DNA of 40,292 bases from a candidate division WOR-3 bacterium (GTDB lineage Bacteria > Hydrothermota > Tepidihabitantia > Tepidihabitantales > CAIPLT01): the NCBI GenBank assembly GCA_965649215.1, contig CBFGJZ010000014.1, positions 1 through 40,292 on the forward strand, read 5' to 3'. Positions 1 to 10,031 of the stretch are shown one piece after another. The notes under the pieces were generated by a model that worked only from the letters and a program-made list of their open reading frames with translations, was not told the origin of the DNA and did no database searches. The stretch's first letter is position 1. Each line of letters starts with the position of its first letter. The position numbers and the translations under genes were made by a program.

Positions 1-2
1 TT

Positions 3-3000
3 ATTGGTGGTAATGGACATTTTGGTGACGATGCTTTGAGAAATATCTATTGGGAACCCGTTTTACAAGGTAATTTATTAAATTATAATTCATTACCGAA
101 GATAGACTTTTTTGCTCCTGAGCGGATTCATGCTCGTGATGGTTATGAGTATATTATCATTGTGCCGGATGATCCGGTTTTTATTGCTTGGGCTGAGACG
201 ATTAAAGTTTGGCGACAATTACAAGGAATTTCTACTAATGTTTATACCCTAACTCAGGTTGGCGGTAATACTGCAACTGCTATCAAAAACTTTCTAAGCA
301 ATGCTTATAACACTTGGAGTCCAAGACCGGTCGGATTTCTATTATTATCAGATTATGAAAGTTCTGGCAAAGTTTATGGGATAACTTCTTATCGCCAAAC
401 CCATCCTTATTCAGGAACATATGTTTCTGATGTCTGGTATGCGGATATGAACGGTGATAATTTACCAGATATGTTTCACGGTCGGATTTGTGCTCAAAAT
501 GATGAGCAACTAAGAGTGATGATAACAAAATTCTTAAATCACGAACGAACTCCAACGACTGCCGCCATTTTTTATAACGAACCAATCGTTGCTTGTGGTT
601 GGCAAACTGAACGGTGGTTTCAACTCTGTGCTGAAGTTATCCGTGGCTTTTTCATCAATGGTCTTGGTAAAAATCCTCGTCGTGAATATAACATTTATTC
701 CGGTACGCCCACGGCTGGCGGTGCTTGGTCAACTGCGACTAACACTTCAACGGTAGTTAATTACTTTTACAATCTCGGTTGGTTGCCGTCAACCACCAAT
801 CCCAATGGCTCAGCCTGGTGGAATAATGGTTCTTCGCAAGGTATTGTGAATGGAATAAATTCCGGCGCTTTTATCTTACAACATCGTGACCATGGTTCAG
901 AAACAGGTTGGGGTGAACCACAATTCTCCAATAGCCACATTAATCTTTTAACTAATGACAAACTAATCTTTGTCAATTCACATAATTGTCTGACTGGTCG
1001 TTTTGATTGGTCTAGTGAATGCTTTACTGAAAAGTTTCATCGCCATACTTATAGTAATGTGCCGAGTGGTGCGTTGGCAGTTAATGCGGCAAGTCAAGTT
1101 TCATATTCATTTGTTAATGATTGTTATGCCTGGGGTATGTATGATGGCCTCTGGCCACAATTTATGCCTGATTATCCTGCTCAGGAGATAACTCCAATCA
1201 GTCTCCTCTATCCTTGTGCGGCAATGAATTACGGTAAATATTTCTTGTCTAGTTCAAGTTGGCCCTATAACACTTCTGATAAACTCGTCACTTATTACCT
1301 ATTCCATCATCACGGTGATGTCTTTAATCCATTGTTTACAGAAATACCCCAAAATTTAACTGTCAATCATCCTGCAACGCTTATTGCTGGCTCATCAACT
1401 TTCACGATCTCAGCCAATGATAGTGCAATTATTGCTCTTACGGTTAACGGTGAAATCATTGGTGCGGCAATGGCAACTGGCAATTGGCAAGTAATTACCA
1501 TTCCACCTCAACTTCCTGGTAATAATATGATTGTAACGGTTACCAAACAAAATTATTATCGCTATCAAGCCACAGTACCCATTGTTTCTTCAAATTATCC
1601 ATATGTGGTTGCTACTTCACCAGTCCTAAATGATTCTAATGCGAATGGTCAGGTTAACCCTAATGAACTAATTAATTACGGGATCTGGGCAAAAAATATC
1701 GGAGTCGGCACTGCTCAAAATATCTCTGGCAAGATGAACAGCACCGATTCCTTTGTATCAATACTCATTGATTCTAGTTGGTTTGGTAATATTCCTGCCA
1801 ATGATTCTTTGTACTCTAATCCTGCTTATCGATTTCGAACCAATGTCAATACCCCTAACAATTATCAACTGAATTTTAATATCACCTTCAAAGATGCAAA
1901 TGACAGCACCTTTATCTCAAATCAATCAATACGGGTCTATCGACCAATTCTCAATTTTCAAAATGTGGCGGTTATTGGTGGTAATAATAATGGTATTTTC
2001 AATCGTGGTGAAACAGTTGATATTGTCGTGACAATTAGAAATGTCGGTGGCGCAAATGCGGAAAATGTTACTGCTAACTTATTAGTTAATCATCCCAATA
2101 TCACATTATTAGATGGACAAGGTAGTTTCGCAATGATCGCGCCCAATAACACTGCCAACAATGCCAGTGATCCTTTTACTGTTTGTGCCGATACTTCAAT
2201 TACACCTGGTACCATCATTCAGTTTCGAGTTGCGCTGAATTATGATTATTGGAGCGATACGTTTAATTTCTCATTACCCGTAGAAATCTATCTTGAAGAC
2301 TTTGAAAATAGCAATGGCGGTTATCTTGCAATTCCAAGCATTGGTGGTTGGGAATGGGGTATTCCGACATCCGGACCAAACAATGCCCATTCCGGCAGTA
2401 AACTCTGGGCAACTAATTTAAGTGGCACTTATGCCAATAGTGCCAATTGGAGACTCATTTCACCTGAATTTATCGCCACCACTGATAACCCGCAACTAAA
2501 ATTCTGGCATTGGTATTCCACGGAAAGTCGTTATGATGGTGGTAATCTTAAAATCTCAACTGATGACCAAGTAACTTGGCGACTAATTCATCCGATTGGC
2601 GGTTATCCCGACACGGCGTATGCTTCTAATGTAGCGATTCCTCGTGAATCTTGTTTTACGGGTTCTACGAGTGGTCAGGTTTGGTCTGAAGTTATCTTTA
2701 ATCTGCCGGTCCAAGCCGGCCAACGTTTCTATCTCTGTTGGCATTTTGGTTCAGACCCTGCGGTCAATAGTTATCCTGGTTGGTATCTTGATGACATAAG
2801 CGGCATTGGTTTTGCCTATGCCCTACCACTCCAAAACGATGTTGGAGTCAGGGCCATTGTCAGTCCGGGCCAATATCACTTTGTCAATAATCAACTTTAT
2901 CCCAAAGCCTGGATAAAAAATTATGGTTTAACCAATCAAAATAATATCCCTGTGGTCTGTTCAATTTTTGGGGCGGGAAATATCTTACGCTATTATCTCA

Positions 3001-4862
3001 CCGCTAATATTCTTTCTTTACCCGCCAATGATTCGACCTTGCTTACTTTTCAAACATGGACACCAACTGATATTGAAACGTGTCGAGTCGTAATCAATAC
3101 CTTTTTAAGTAATGATGAAAATCCATTAAATAACCGTAAAACCCGTCTCACTTATATTGCCAACACAATTGATATTATAATTGGTAACGGTACTTCCAGT
3201 TCCTCAATGTACCCAATCTATAACTATTACGCTTATTCCGTCACTGAAGCGCTTTATCGCCAAGAAGAAATAAATTTCTATGGCTATATTTCCAAACTTG
3301 CTTATTATAAAAGTTCCGGAACAGCAATCTATCCGATTGAAAATGTCCAAATCTATATGAAACTAACCACCGAAACATCACTTGCAAGTGGCAGTTATGA
3401 TACCACGGGTTACACTTTAGTTTACAATGGTTCATTTACTAACAATGCTACGAGTGGTTGGATGGAAATTGAACTTGATGTGCCATTTTTATATGACAAC
3501 AGTTACAATCTAAAAATCTTAGTTATCAAAGGACCGCCTGCAGTTACTAGTGGTTATCCATCTTGGCGTTACACATCAACATCACCTACATATTGTAATC
3601 GTTATGGATATGGTTCAAGTCTACCTACCACATTAAGCCAAACCTATTCTCGTCCTGATGTGCGCTTTACCTTTACTTCTGCAGGTCAAGCCCAATTTGA
3701 TGTTGGTGTTCATAGTATCATCTCTCCGCCAACTCGTCATTTAGTTAATACGATACTGACACCCAGTGCTCGGATAAAAAACTACGGCACCCTCACGCAG
3801 ATCAATATTCCCGTAGTCTGTTCTATTTACGGAAGAAACGGTGTTGTGCGTTATACTAATTCTGACATTATACCGCTCCTTAATTCAAATCAGATTATCA
3901 CGGTTAACTTTACTCCTTATACTCCAACCAATGTTGAAACCTGCCTGGTTGTCTTTCGCACGCTCTTGGCTAATGATAGCAATCCCACTAACGACAGTCG
4001 GAGTGTTAATACGATAATAACCAACTCGCTTGAAATTATTATCGGCACTGGTACTTCGGGCTCATCACTGTATTTCCTTTATGGGTATAATAACTATGCA
4101 GCATCAGAAGCGATCTATTTACAGAATGAAATCGGTTATCCGGGTTACATTACCAATCTTGCCTATTATAAAACTGCCGGCTCTAACACCACCCAATTTG
4201 ATGATGTCCGAATCTATATGAAGCATACCCAAGCTTCAACTATCGCGACCGGTCCTTTTGATACCACTGATTATACTTTGGTCTATCAGGGTATCTTACC
4301 ATTTTATGCGATTGGTTGGATGGATGTTCAACTCACTACTCCATTTTTATACAATAATACCGATAATCTCCAAGTCTTAGCCTTAAAAGGACCGCCAGCA
4401 ATTTCATCGGGTTATCCATCTTGGCAATATACTTCTCTATCACCGAATTATCGCAATCGCTATGGCTATAGTAACTCAGGTTGGCCAACATCCTTAAGTC
4501 AAAGTTATTATCGTCCTAATATCCGAATCACATTAAGCCCAAGTGCACCAGGGATTACACAAAACCAACTAACTTTACCAACCATCACCATGCTCAATAA
4601 TGTTAAACCAAATCCAATCCGAAACAATCACATTCATATTTCCTATACCATTGCGCAAAGAACTCATGTCTTACTAAATATCTACGATGCTTCCGGTCGA
4701 CTTATCAAAAATCTTGTCAATAACTATCAAGACCAAGGCACTTATGATTGCATTTGGACTACTACTGATCAAAACAATCAAGCGGTTAAGCCTGGCATCT
4801 ATTTCTATACTTTACAAACTGATAATTACCGAGAGACGAAAAAACTAATCCTCAGCCGATGA
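3..4862 (+). CDS. C25 (gingipain-like) cysteine peptidase with Ig/CARDB-like and duplicated Tyr-rich modules and a FlgD/T9SS-type C-terminal sorting domain; 5'-truncated
   Basis: The frame is open from base 3 (IGGNGHFGDDALRNIYWEP...), so TTG at 36 is not the true start. C25 motifs: YIIIVP, W..LQG, SDVWYADMNGDNLPDMFHGRI, catalytic His in QHRDHG (891-893) and Cys in NSHNCLTG (987-989). The C-terminus PNP...IYDASGRLIKNL...PGIYFYTL...KKLIL is typical of T9SS/FlgD-type CTDs. Confidence 0.9.
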   Translation: MGGNGHFGDDALRNIYWEPVLQGNLLNYNSLPKIDFFAPERIHARDGYEYIIIVPDDPVFIAWAETIKVWRQLQGISTNVYTLTQVGGNTATAIKNFLSNAYNTWSPRPVGFLLLSDYESSGKVYGITSYRQTHPYSGTYVSDVWYADMNGDNLPDMFHGRICAQNDEQLRVMITKFLNHERTPTTAAIFYNEPIVACGWQTERWFQLCAEVIRGFFINGLGKNPRREYNIYSGTPTAGGAWSTATNTSTVVNYFYNLGWLPSTTNPNGSAWWNNGSSQGIVNGINSGAFILQHRDHGSETGWGEPQFSNSHINLLTNDKLIFVNSHNCLTGRFDWSSECFTEKFHRHTYSNVPSGALAVNAASQVSYSFVNDCYAWGMYDGLWPQFMPDYPAQEITPISLLYPCAAMNYGKYFLSSSSWPYNTSDKLVTYYLFHHHGDVFNPLFTEIPQNLTVNHPATLIAGSSTFTISANDSAIIALTVNGEIIGAAMATGNWQVITIPPQLPGNNMIVTVTKQNYYRYQATVPIVSSNYPYVVATSPVLNDSNANGQVNPNELINYGIWAKNIGVGTAQNISGKMNSTDSFVSILIDSSWFGNIPANDSLYSNPAYRFRTNVNTPNNYQLNFNITFKDANDSTFISNQSIRVYRPILNFQNVAVIGGNNNGIFNRGETVDIVVTIRNVGGANAENVTANLLVNHPNITLLDGQGSFAMIAPNNTANNASDPFTVCADTSITPGTIIQFRVALNYDYWSDTFNFSLPVEIYLEDFENSNGGYLAIPSIGGWEWGIPTSGPNNAHSGSKLWATNLSGTYANSANWRLISPEFIATTDNPQLKFWHWYSTESRYDGGNLKISTDDQVTWRLIHPIGGYPDTAYASNVAIPRESCFTGSTSGQVWSEVIFNLPVQAGQRFYLCWHFGSDPAVNSYPGWYLDDISGIGFAYALPLQNDVGVRAIVSPGQYHFVNNQLYPKAWIKNYGLTNQNNIPVVCSIFGAGNILRYYLTANILSLPANDSTLLTFQTWTPTDIETCRVVINTFLSNDENPLNNRKTRLTYIANTIDIIIGNGTSSSSMYPIYNYYAYSVTEALYRQEEINFYGYISKLAYYKSSGTAIYPIENVQIYMKLTTETSLASGSYDTTGYTLVYNGSFTNNATSGWMEIELDVPFLYDNSYNLKILVIKGPPAVTSGYPSWRYTSTSPTYCNRYGYGSSLPTTLSQTYSRPDVRFTFTSAGQAQFDVGVHSIISPPTRHLVNTILTPSARIKNYGTLTQINIPVVCSIYGRNGVVRYTNSDIIPLLNSNQIITVNFTPYTPTNVETCLVVFRTLLANDSNPTNDSRSVNTIITNSLEIIIGTGTSGSSLYFLYGYNNYAASEAIYLQNEIGYPGYITNLAYYKTAGSNTTQFDDVRIYMKHTQASTIATGPFDTTDYTLVYQGILPFYAIGWMDVQLTTPFLYNNTDNLQVLALKGPPAISSGYPSWQYTSLSPNYRNRYGYSNSGWPTSLSQSYYRPNIRITLSPSAPGITQNQLTLPTITMLNNVKPNPIRNNHIHISYTIAQRTHVLLNIYDASGRLIKNLVNNYQDQGTYDCIWTTTDQNNQAVKPGIYFYTLQTDNYRETKKLILSR
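2835..4540 (+). repeat. Tandem duplication of a ~287-aa module (CARDB-like Ig plus Tyr/Ser-rich domain) in the left gingipain
   Basis: Copies start NDVGVRAIVSP (2835) and FDVGVHSIISP (3696), 861 nt apart. Shared motifs include IKNYG..Q.NIPVVCSI, IIIG.GTS.SS.Y, LAYYK, IYMK, KGPPA..SGYPSW.YTS.SP.Y.NRYGY. Confidence 0.9.
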
Positions 4863-5262
4863 TTAGATAAACAGAAAAATATTGCTAATTAGACTAAATA
4901 AAAAATTCCTATATAAAAAGAGAATAAAAATTGACCAATTTTTCACTTATCTTACTGAATATCAAATGGAAAGCTTGATTTTGCCGATGACAAGGGGTAT
5001 AAAGCCCTCCTACGCTTTGTACTTGAAATTAATCTTGCTTGAATTAAACATTTAAATTCAACCTTTTTATGAGACTGATAATTTCTAAGATATTTTCAAA
5101 TAATAACTTTAGCATTAAATCGGCTCATAAAAAACATTAAACCAAAATATGTATAACAAAGATAATGTCACTTATCAGAGATAGCGGAGTTTGGAAAAGA
5201 TCGCCAACAAGTTAATTATATTCAAGAAGTGTAGCACTCTCAGGTCTTTTTACGATCATATA

Positions 5263-5290
5263 TTGACTTTTAATAAAAATTAACTATTCT
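5263..5290 (+). promoter_or_regulatory. Sigma70-type promoter, probably producing a leaderless mRNA
   Basis: TTGACT (5263-5268), 16 nt, TATTCT (5285-5290), then 6 nt to ATG 5297; no SD. Confidence 0.6.
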
Positions 5291-5296
5291 TATAAT

Positions 5297-6427
5297 ATGG
5301 CACATGTTTATACACCAGGACTAAAAGTTACCGAAAAAACCTTAGTTAGAAAAGAACGCAGATTACCCCTCAAAGGCGAAGTCATTGCTAAAAAAGGACA
5401 AGTCGTAAATGGTGAAGATATTGTCGCTCAAACTTCTCTGCCTGGTAATGTCACGACTTTAAATGTGGCTGGTCTATTAGGTGTTCCGCCCGAAGATATC
5501 AAAATGATGATGTTAAAAAAGAGTGGCGATAGCATTAAAAAAGATGAACCGATTGCCCAATCCAAAGGATTTTTCGGGCTTTTCAAATCGGTTGTCAAAT
5601 CACCGATTGATGGTATTGTGGAAAGTATTTCCGAAATCACCGGTCAAGTTATCTTACGCGAAGCACCTAAACCCGTGCGCGTTAAAGCTTATATTGATGG
5701 CGTCGTAACTGATATTATTCCTGAAGAAGGAGTAATTATTGAGACTGAAGCCAGTTTAGTCCAAGGAATTTTTGGCATTGGCGGTGAAACCCGAGGTATT
5801 ATTAAAGTCTTAGCCTCAGACCCAAACCAACCACTCACCACTCAAGATATCACTGAAGATTGCAAAGATAAAATTATTATTGGTGGTTCCATTGTTGACG
5901 GACCGGCCTTAGAGCGGGCGAAAGCCGTTGGTGTCAAAGGGGTTGTGGTCGGTGGCATTGAAGATTCGACATTAAAAAAATTTCTCGGTTATGATATTGG
6001 GGTTGCGATTACCGGTCATGAAAATTGTGGCATCTCGGTTATGGTTACTGAAGGCTTTGGGAAAATGCGTATGGCTGCCCATACCTTTCGGCTTATCAAT
6101 GCGTTAGCTGGTAAAATGGCATCTATGAACGGCGCCACGCAAATCCGCGCCGGTGTGATTAGACCAGAATTAATTGTCCCTTTAGATCAAAGCAGTGATA
6201 AAAAACCAACTTCGGTTACAAAAACTTTAGAAGGTGGTCTGGTCATAGGTTCCTTAGTGCGCATTATCCGAGAACCCAACTTTGGTATGATTGGCAAAGT
6301 CACAGCCCTACCGGTTGAGCTACAAGAAATTGAAACTGAATCCAAAGTCCGCATTTTAGAAGTAGAACTGGAAAACGGCAAGAAAATCTTTTTGCCCCGT
6401 GCTAATGTCGAAATAATTGAAGAATAA
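5297..6427 (+). CDS. Conserved hypothetical protein with barrel-sandwich-hybrid-like N-terminal repeats and a KOW/SH3-like C-terminus
   Basis: 376-aa ORF. KKGQVV.GEDIVA / KKSGDSIKKDEPIA...VKSPIDGIV resembles biotinyl/lipoyl-like hairpins. The C-terminal GSLVRIIREPNFGMIGKV is KOW-like. Confidence 0.65.
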   Translation: MAHVYTPGLKVTEKTLVRKERRLPLKGEVIAKKGQVVNGEDIVAQTSLPGNVTTLNVAGLLGVPPEDIKMMMLKKSGDSIKKDEPIAQSKGFFGLFKSVVKSPIDGIVESISEITGQVILREAPKPVRVKAYIDGVVTDIIPEEGVIIETEASLVQGIFGIGGETRGIIKVLASDPNQPLTTQDITEDCKDKIIIGGSIVDGPALERAKAVGVKGVVVGGIEDSTLKKFLGYDIGVAITGHENCGISVMVTEGFGKMRMAAHTFRLINALAGKMASMNGATQIRAGVIRPELIVPLDQSSDKKPTSVTKTLEGGLVIGSLVRIIREPNFGMIGKVTALPVELQEIETESKVRILEVELENGKKIFLPRANVEIIEE

Positions 6428-6442
6428 ATAAAATCAACCACC

Positions 6443-7363
6443 ATGACTAAATTCCGATTTACAATTATTATCATAAACTTGCTTTTAATAAGCCAACTGC
6501 TTTATGCCGACAAAGTAAGTTTCGTATATCTCAAAATCACACCCAGCGCTCGTGAACAAGCTATGGGAAGTTGTGGCGTCATCTCAGCATTAGGTCCCCA
6601 AGCTATGTATTATAATCCTGCGCTGACAAGTCAAATTACAAAAACTGCCTTAAACATAAACTATTATCGCTGGTTTTTAGATATTTATGGACAAAGTCTT
6701 TTTGTCGTTCGTCCCTTTAACTATCTTAATCTTGGTTTTGGGGTCGTTAACTTTAATGCCGGCACATTAGAGTTACGTCCTGACCATCCCACTCAAGAAA
6801 TCCTTGGTGAATTTAATCCCAGCGATTTTAATCTCTACTTCAATATCAGTCATCAAATCAAAACATCAAAAATGCCTTTAAGAATAGGCATTTCGTTGCG
6901 TTACTATTATTCTAAGATCTACGATGCCACAGCCAGTGGTTATGGTTTTGATGCTGGCCTGAGTTATCAGGTAAACAATAACTTGCGCTTAGGTGTAGCA
7001 TTAAATAACTTTGCTACAAAGATGCGTTATCAACGAGAAAGATTCAATGCCCCTCGTCGCCTGAGTGGTGGCGTGGAATATCTCTTAAAATTAAAACCCA
7101 ATCAATCCTATCCCAATCTCAAACTGGGTGCGGATTTAAGTTATTTCTTTTATGAGAAAAAATATTATCTTAATAGCGGCATAGAATTATCAGTAACTGA
7201 CCGCTATTATTTTCTAACTGGTTATCGACTTGGCGAAGAAGCTAATCATTTATCTTTAGGCATGGGTTTTATCGTGAAAGCTATCCGTTTTGAATATGCT
7301 TATAGTCTCAATGCCTTTAACTTAAATCCCACTCATCATTTTTCTATTAATTTTGGATACTAA
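6443..7363 (+). CDS. PorV/PorQ-family (UPF0164-like) outer-membrane beta-barrel, T9SS-associated
   Basis: Signal peptide, motif YLKITPSAREQAMG...AMYYNPAL, alternating beta-strand pattern, aromatic C-terminus (HHFSINFGY). Confidence 0.8.
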   Translation: MTKFRFTIIIINLLLISQLLYADKVSFVYLKITPSAREQAMGSCGVISALGPQAMYYNPALTSQITKTALNINYYRWFLDIYGQSLFVVRPFNYLNLGFGVVNFNAGTLELRPDHPTQEILGEFNPSDFNLYFNISHQIKTSKMPLRIGISLRYYYSKIYDATASGYGFDAGLSYQVNNNLRLGVALNNFATKMRYQRERFNAPRRLSGGVEYLLKLKPNQSYPNLKLGADLSYFFYEKKYYLNSGIELSVTDRYYFLTGYRLGEEANHLSLGMGFIVKAIRFEYAYSLNAFNLNPTHHFSINFGY

Positions 7364-7368
7364 TTATT

Positions 7369-8328
7369 ATGGCCGGCAATTTTCTTGATTTTGAAAAACC
7401 GATTGAAGAGATTCAAAAGAAGATTGACGAACTCAGTTCCATTCCTGGTTATGAAAGTGAAATCAATAAATTACAAGTGCAGATTGAAAAACTCAAAACG
7501 CGTATCTATGCTGATTTAACACCCGCCCAAAAAGTCCAGATGGCACGCCATCCCAATCGACCTTATACTTTAGATTATATCGATTTGATTACCACAGATT
7601 TTATTGAGCTGGCGGGCGATCGCTATTTTGGCGATGACAAGGCAATCGTTGGTGGACTGGCGCAAATCAAAGTCAACGAAGACAAAAAAATCTCTTTGGT
7701 TATTATTGGCACCCAAAAAGGTCGGGAAACCAAAGAAAAGATAATGCGTAACTTTGGTATGCCCCATCCAGAAGGATATCGCAAAGCCTTACGGTTAATG
7801 AAATTAGCCGAAAAATTTAATTTACCAATTGTCACCTTTGTAGACACACCTGGCGCGTATCCAGGAATTGGTGCTGAGGAACGGGGACAATTTGAAGCGA
7901 TTGCTAAAAACCTACGCGAAATGGCAGTTCTAAAAGTGCCTTTAATTGCTATTATTACTGGTGAAGGTGGTTCCGGTGGTGCTTTGGCATTAGCAGTTGG
8001 CAATCGAGTCTTAATGATGGAATATTCAATCTATTCTGTCATCTCCCCAGAAGGTTGCGCTTCTATATTGTGGCGAGATCCTGAAAAAGCCGATGAAGCT
8101 GCCGCTGCTCTAAAAATCACTGCCCAAGACCTTTATCAATTTGGCATTATTGACGAGATTATTCCTGAACCTTTGGGCGGTGCGCATCAAGATTACAAAC
8201 TCGCCGCACAATATATCAAACAAGCAATCCTAAAATATCTTGGCGAACTCACCAACATGTCGGCTCAAGAACTCATTGAACAACGCATTGAAAAATTTCA
8301 AGCTTTTGGTATCTATCAAAGCAGTTAA
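7369..8328 (+). CDS. accA: Acetyl-CoA carboxylase carboxyltransferase alpha subunit
   Basis: FLDFEKPI, ARHPNRPYTLDYI, NFGMPHPEGYRKALRLM, DTPGAYPGIGAEERGQ, GEGGSGGALA, YSVISPEGCASILW. Confidence 0.97.
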   Translation: MAGNFLDFEKPIEEIQKKIDELSSIPGYESEINKLQVQIEKLKTRIYADLTPAQKVQMARHPNRPYTLDYIDLITTDFIELAGDRYFGDDKAIVGGLAQIKVNEDKKISLVIIGTQKGRETKEKIMRNFGMPHPEGYRKALRLMKLAEKFNLPIVTFVDTPGAYPGIGAEERGQFEAIAKNLREMAVLKVPLIAIITGEGGSGGALALAVGNRVLMMEYSIYSVISPEGCASILWRDPEKADEAAAALKITAQDLYQFGIIDEIIPEPLGGAHQDYKLAAQYIKQAILKYLGELTNMSAQELIEQRIEKFQAFGIYQSS

Positions 8329-8346
8329 TTCTAATGCTCTTATTAA

Positions 8347-9228
8347 ATGAACGATTTTAAAGCTGGTTATGTAGCGATTGTTGGTCGTCCCAATGTTGGT
8401 AAATCAACCCTCTTAAATGCTTTAATCAACTATCCCCTTTCCGCGGTTTCGCCCAAACCCCAAACCACCCGTAATAAAATCATTGGCATCCTCTCCCAAG
8501 CCAATGGTCAGGCAATCTTTATCGACACTCCGGGTATTCTTAAACCCAAATATGGCTTACAGAAATTAATGCAAAAAGAAATCCACGACGCAATTGAAAC
8601 TGCTGATTTATACTTAATGGTAGTTGAAGCTAATACCAATCCATCTCAAGATGAACTTGAACTCATCAATCGCATCATTACCAAACCAACCATTCTTGCA
8701 ATCAATAAAGTTGATACGGTTGTGAAGTCTAGTTTATTACCATTAATTGATATCTATAAAACATATTCCTTTCGCGAAATCTTTCCCATCTCGGCTCTCA
8801 AAAATATTGGGTTAGAAGAATTAAAACAAAGTATCCTTAATAATCTGCCTACTGGTAGTCCCTATTTTCCAACTGACCAAATCACCGAACATCCCGAGCG
8901 ATTTTTTGTCGCCGAGATTATCCGCCAGACCATCTTTAATACCTATGGTGAAGAAATTCCCTATTCAACCTTAGTTGAAATAGAAGAGTTTAAAGAACGC
9001 AGTGTCGGCAAAAACTATATTCGAGCGATTATTTATGTAGAACGAAGTAGTCAGCGGGCAATTTTACTTGGGCGCAGTGGCCAAGCAATAAAACGTTTAG
9101 GCAGTCTAGCTCGCACGCAAATTGAAAATTTCTTAGGACGTCCTGTTTATTTAGAACTCTTTGTTAAAGTCAAAGAGAACTGGCGGGATGACGAACGGTT
9201 TATCAAAGAAAAAATCTATCCCCATTAG
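8347..9228 (+). CDS. era: GTPase Era
   Basis: GRPNVGKSTL, KPQTTR, DTPG, NKVD, EEIPYS and a KH-domain C-terminus (LELFVKVKENWR). Confidence 0.96.
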   Translation: MNDFKAGYVAIVGRPNVGKSTLLNALINYPLSAVSPKPQTTRNKIIGILSQANGQAIFIDTPGILKPKYGLQKLMQKEIHDAIETADLYLMVVEANTNPSQDELELINRIITKPTILAINKVDTVVKSSLLPLIDIYKTYSFREIFPISALKNIGLEELKQSILNNLPTGSPYFPTDQITEHPERFFVAEIIRQTIFNTYGEEIPYSTLVEIEEFKERSVGKNYIRAIIYVERSSQRAILLGRSGQAIKRLGSLARTQIENFLGRPVYLELFVKVKENWRDDERFIKEKIYPH

Positions 9229-9229
9229 C

Positions 9230-10015
9230 TTACTTAACCCCAACTATTTTTTTATAAATCACTTTCGCTTCTTTTTCATTATCCGCTAAATGATTGACAA
9301 AATCATTAATCCCCTCATCTTTCAATACATAATCAGCATTACCGATAATAAGTGCCCGATTATAAGCAAAATTTGCTAACACTTCATTTAGGGCTCGAAA
9401 CTTCACATAAGTATCGTAATTGGTGATCACTCGCTCTTTTTCAATATCCATGAGAAATGCCACTAAGGTATAAGGAAAACAATTAAGATTTATTTTATAA
9501 GCAGTGCCAATTGTTTCGGTGCTGATTACTTCAATATAATTAATATTACCTTTCTCTAAAAATTCAGTAAAATTATATTCACAACTCAAACCCAGTTTAT
9601 AAGCAATAACCCCCATTCCAATATTTTGAAGTTTAATTTCGGCTTGATTGGGCTTAAAGAGTTGTAACATCCGAATCTGAAATTGAGTTGTTTTTTGTCT
9701 GGCTAAGAGTTCTTTAAGTAATAATTTAACCATTAATTCTGATAAACCTTTTCGTTGATACGCTGCTTCTAAAACAACATCCCAGATCGTAATGATCTCG
9801 TTTTTGCCGAGTTCTGCAAAACAATGGCCAACTTCACAATCTTGATGGCGCAGATGCAATTGAAACTGATTATCTTTTTCTTCTTTATCAATCGTAAAAA
9901 TTTCGTTGCAATATTCTCCTTCTAAGATTCTTATCTGGTTGTGGAAAACCCATTCAAAAACAAGACCAAAGCGTTTGGGTGCAAAGATTAAAGGCGGTCT
10001 CGTTTTATCTGGCAT
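9230..10015 (-). CDS. Hypothetical protein with a GNAT-like acetyl-CoA-binding motif
   Basis: 261-aa ORF; IWDVVLEAAYQRKGLSELMV matches GNAT motif A (Q/RxxGxA/G). The rest is unrecognised. Confidence 0.5.
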   Translation of the reverse strand: MPDKTRPPLIFAPKRFGLVFEWVFHNQIRILEGEYCNEIFTIDKEEKDNQFQLHLRHQDCEVGHCFAELGKNEIITIWDVVLEAAYQRKGLSELMVKLLLKELLARQKTTQFQIRMLQLFKPNQAEIKLQNIGMGVIAYKLGLSCEYNFTEFLEKGNINYIEVISTETIGTAYKINLNCFPYTLVAFLMDIEKERVITNYDTYVKFRALNEVLANFAYNRALIIGNADYVLKDEGINDFVNHLADNEKEAKVIYKKIVGVK

Positions 10016-10031
10016 CTTAGCAAAGATTTGA

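Noticed and set aside
4863..5262. 400-nt AT-rich gap after the left gingipain as a possible ncRNA or riboswitch
   Set aside because: No convincing stems or known motifs, and the downstream gene appears leaderless.
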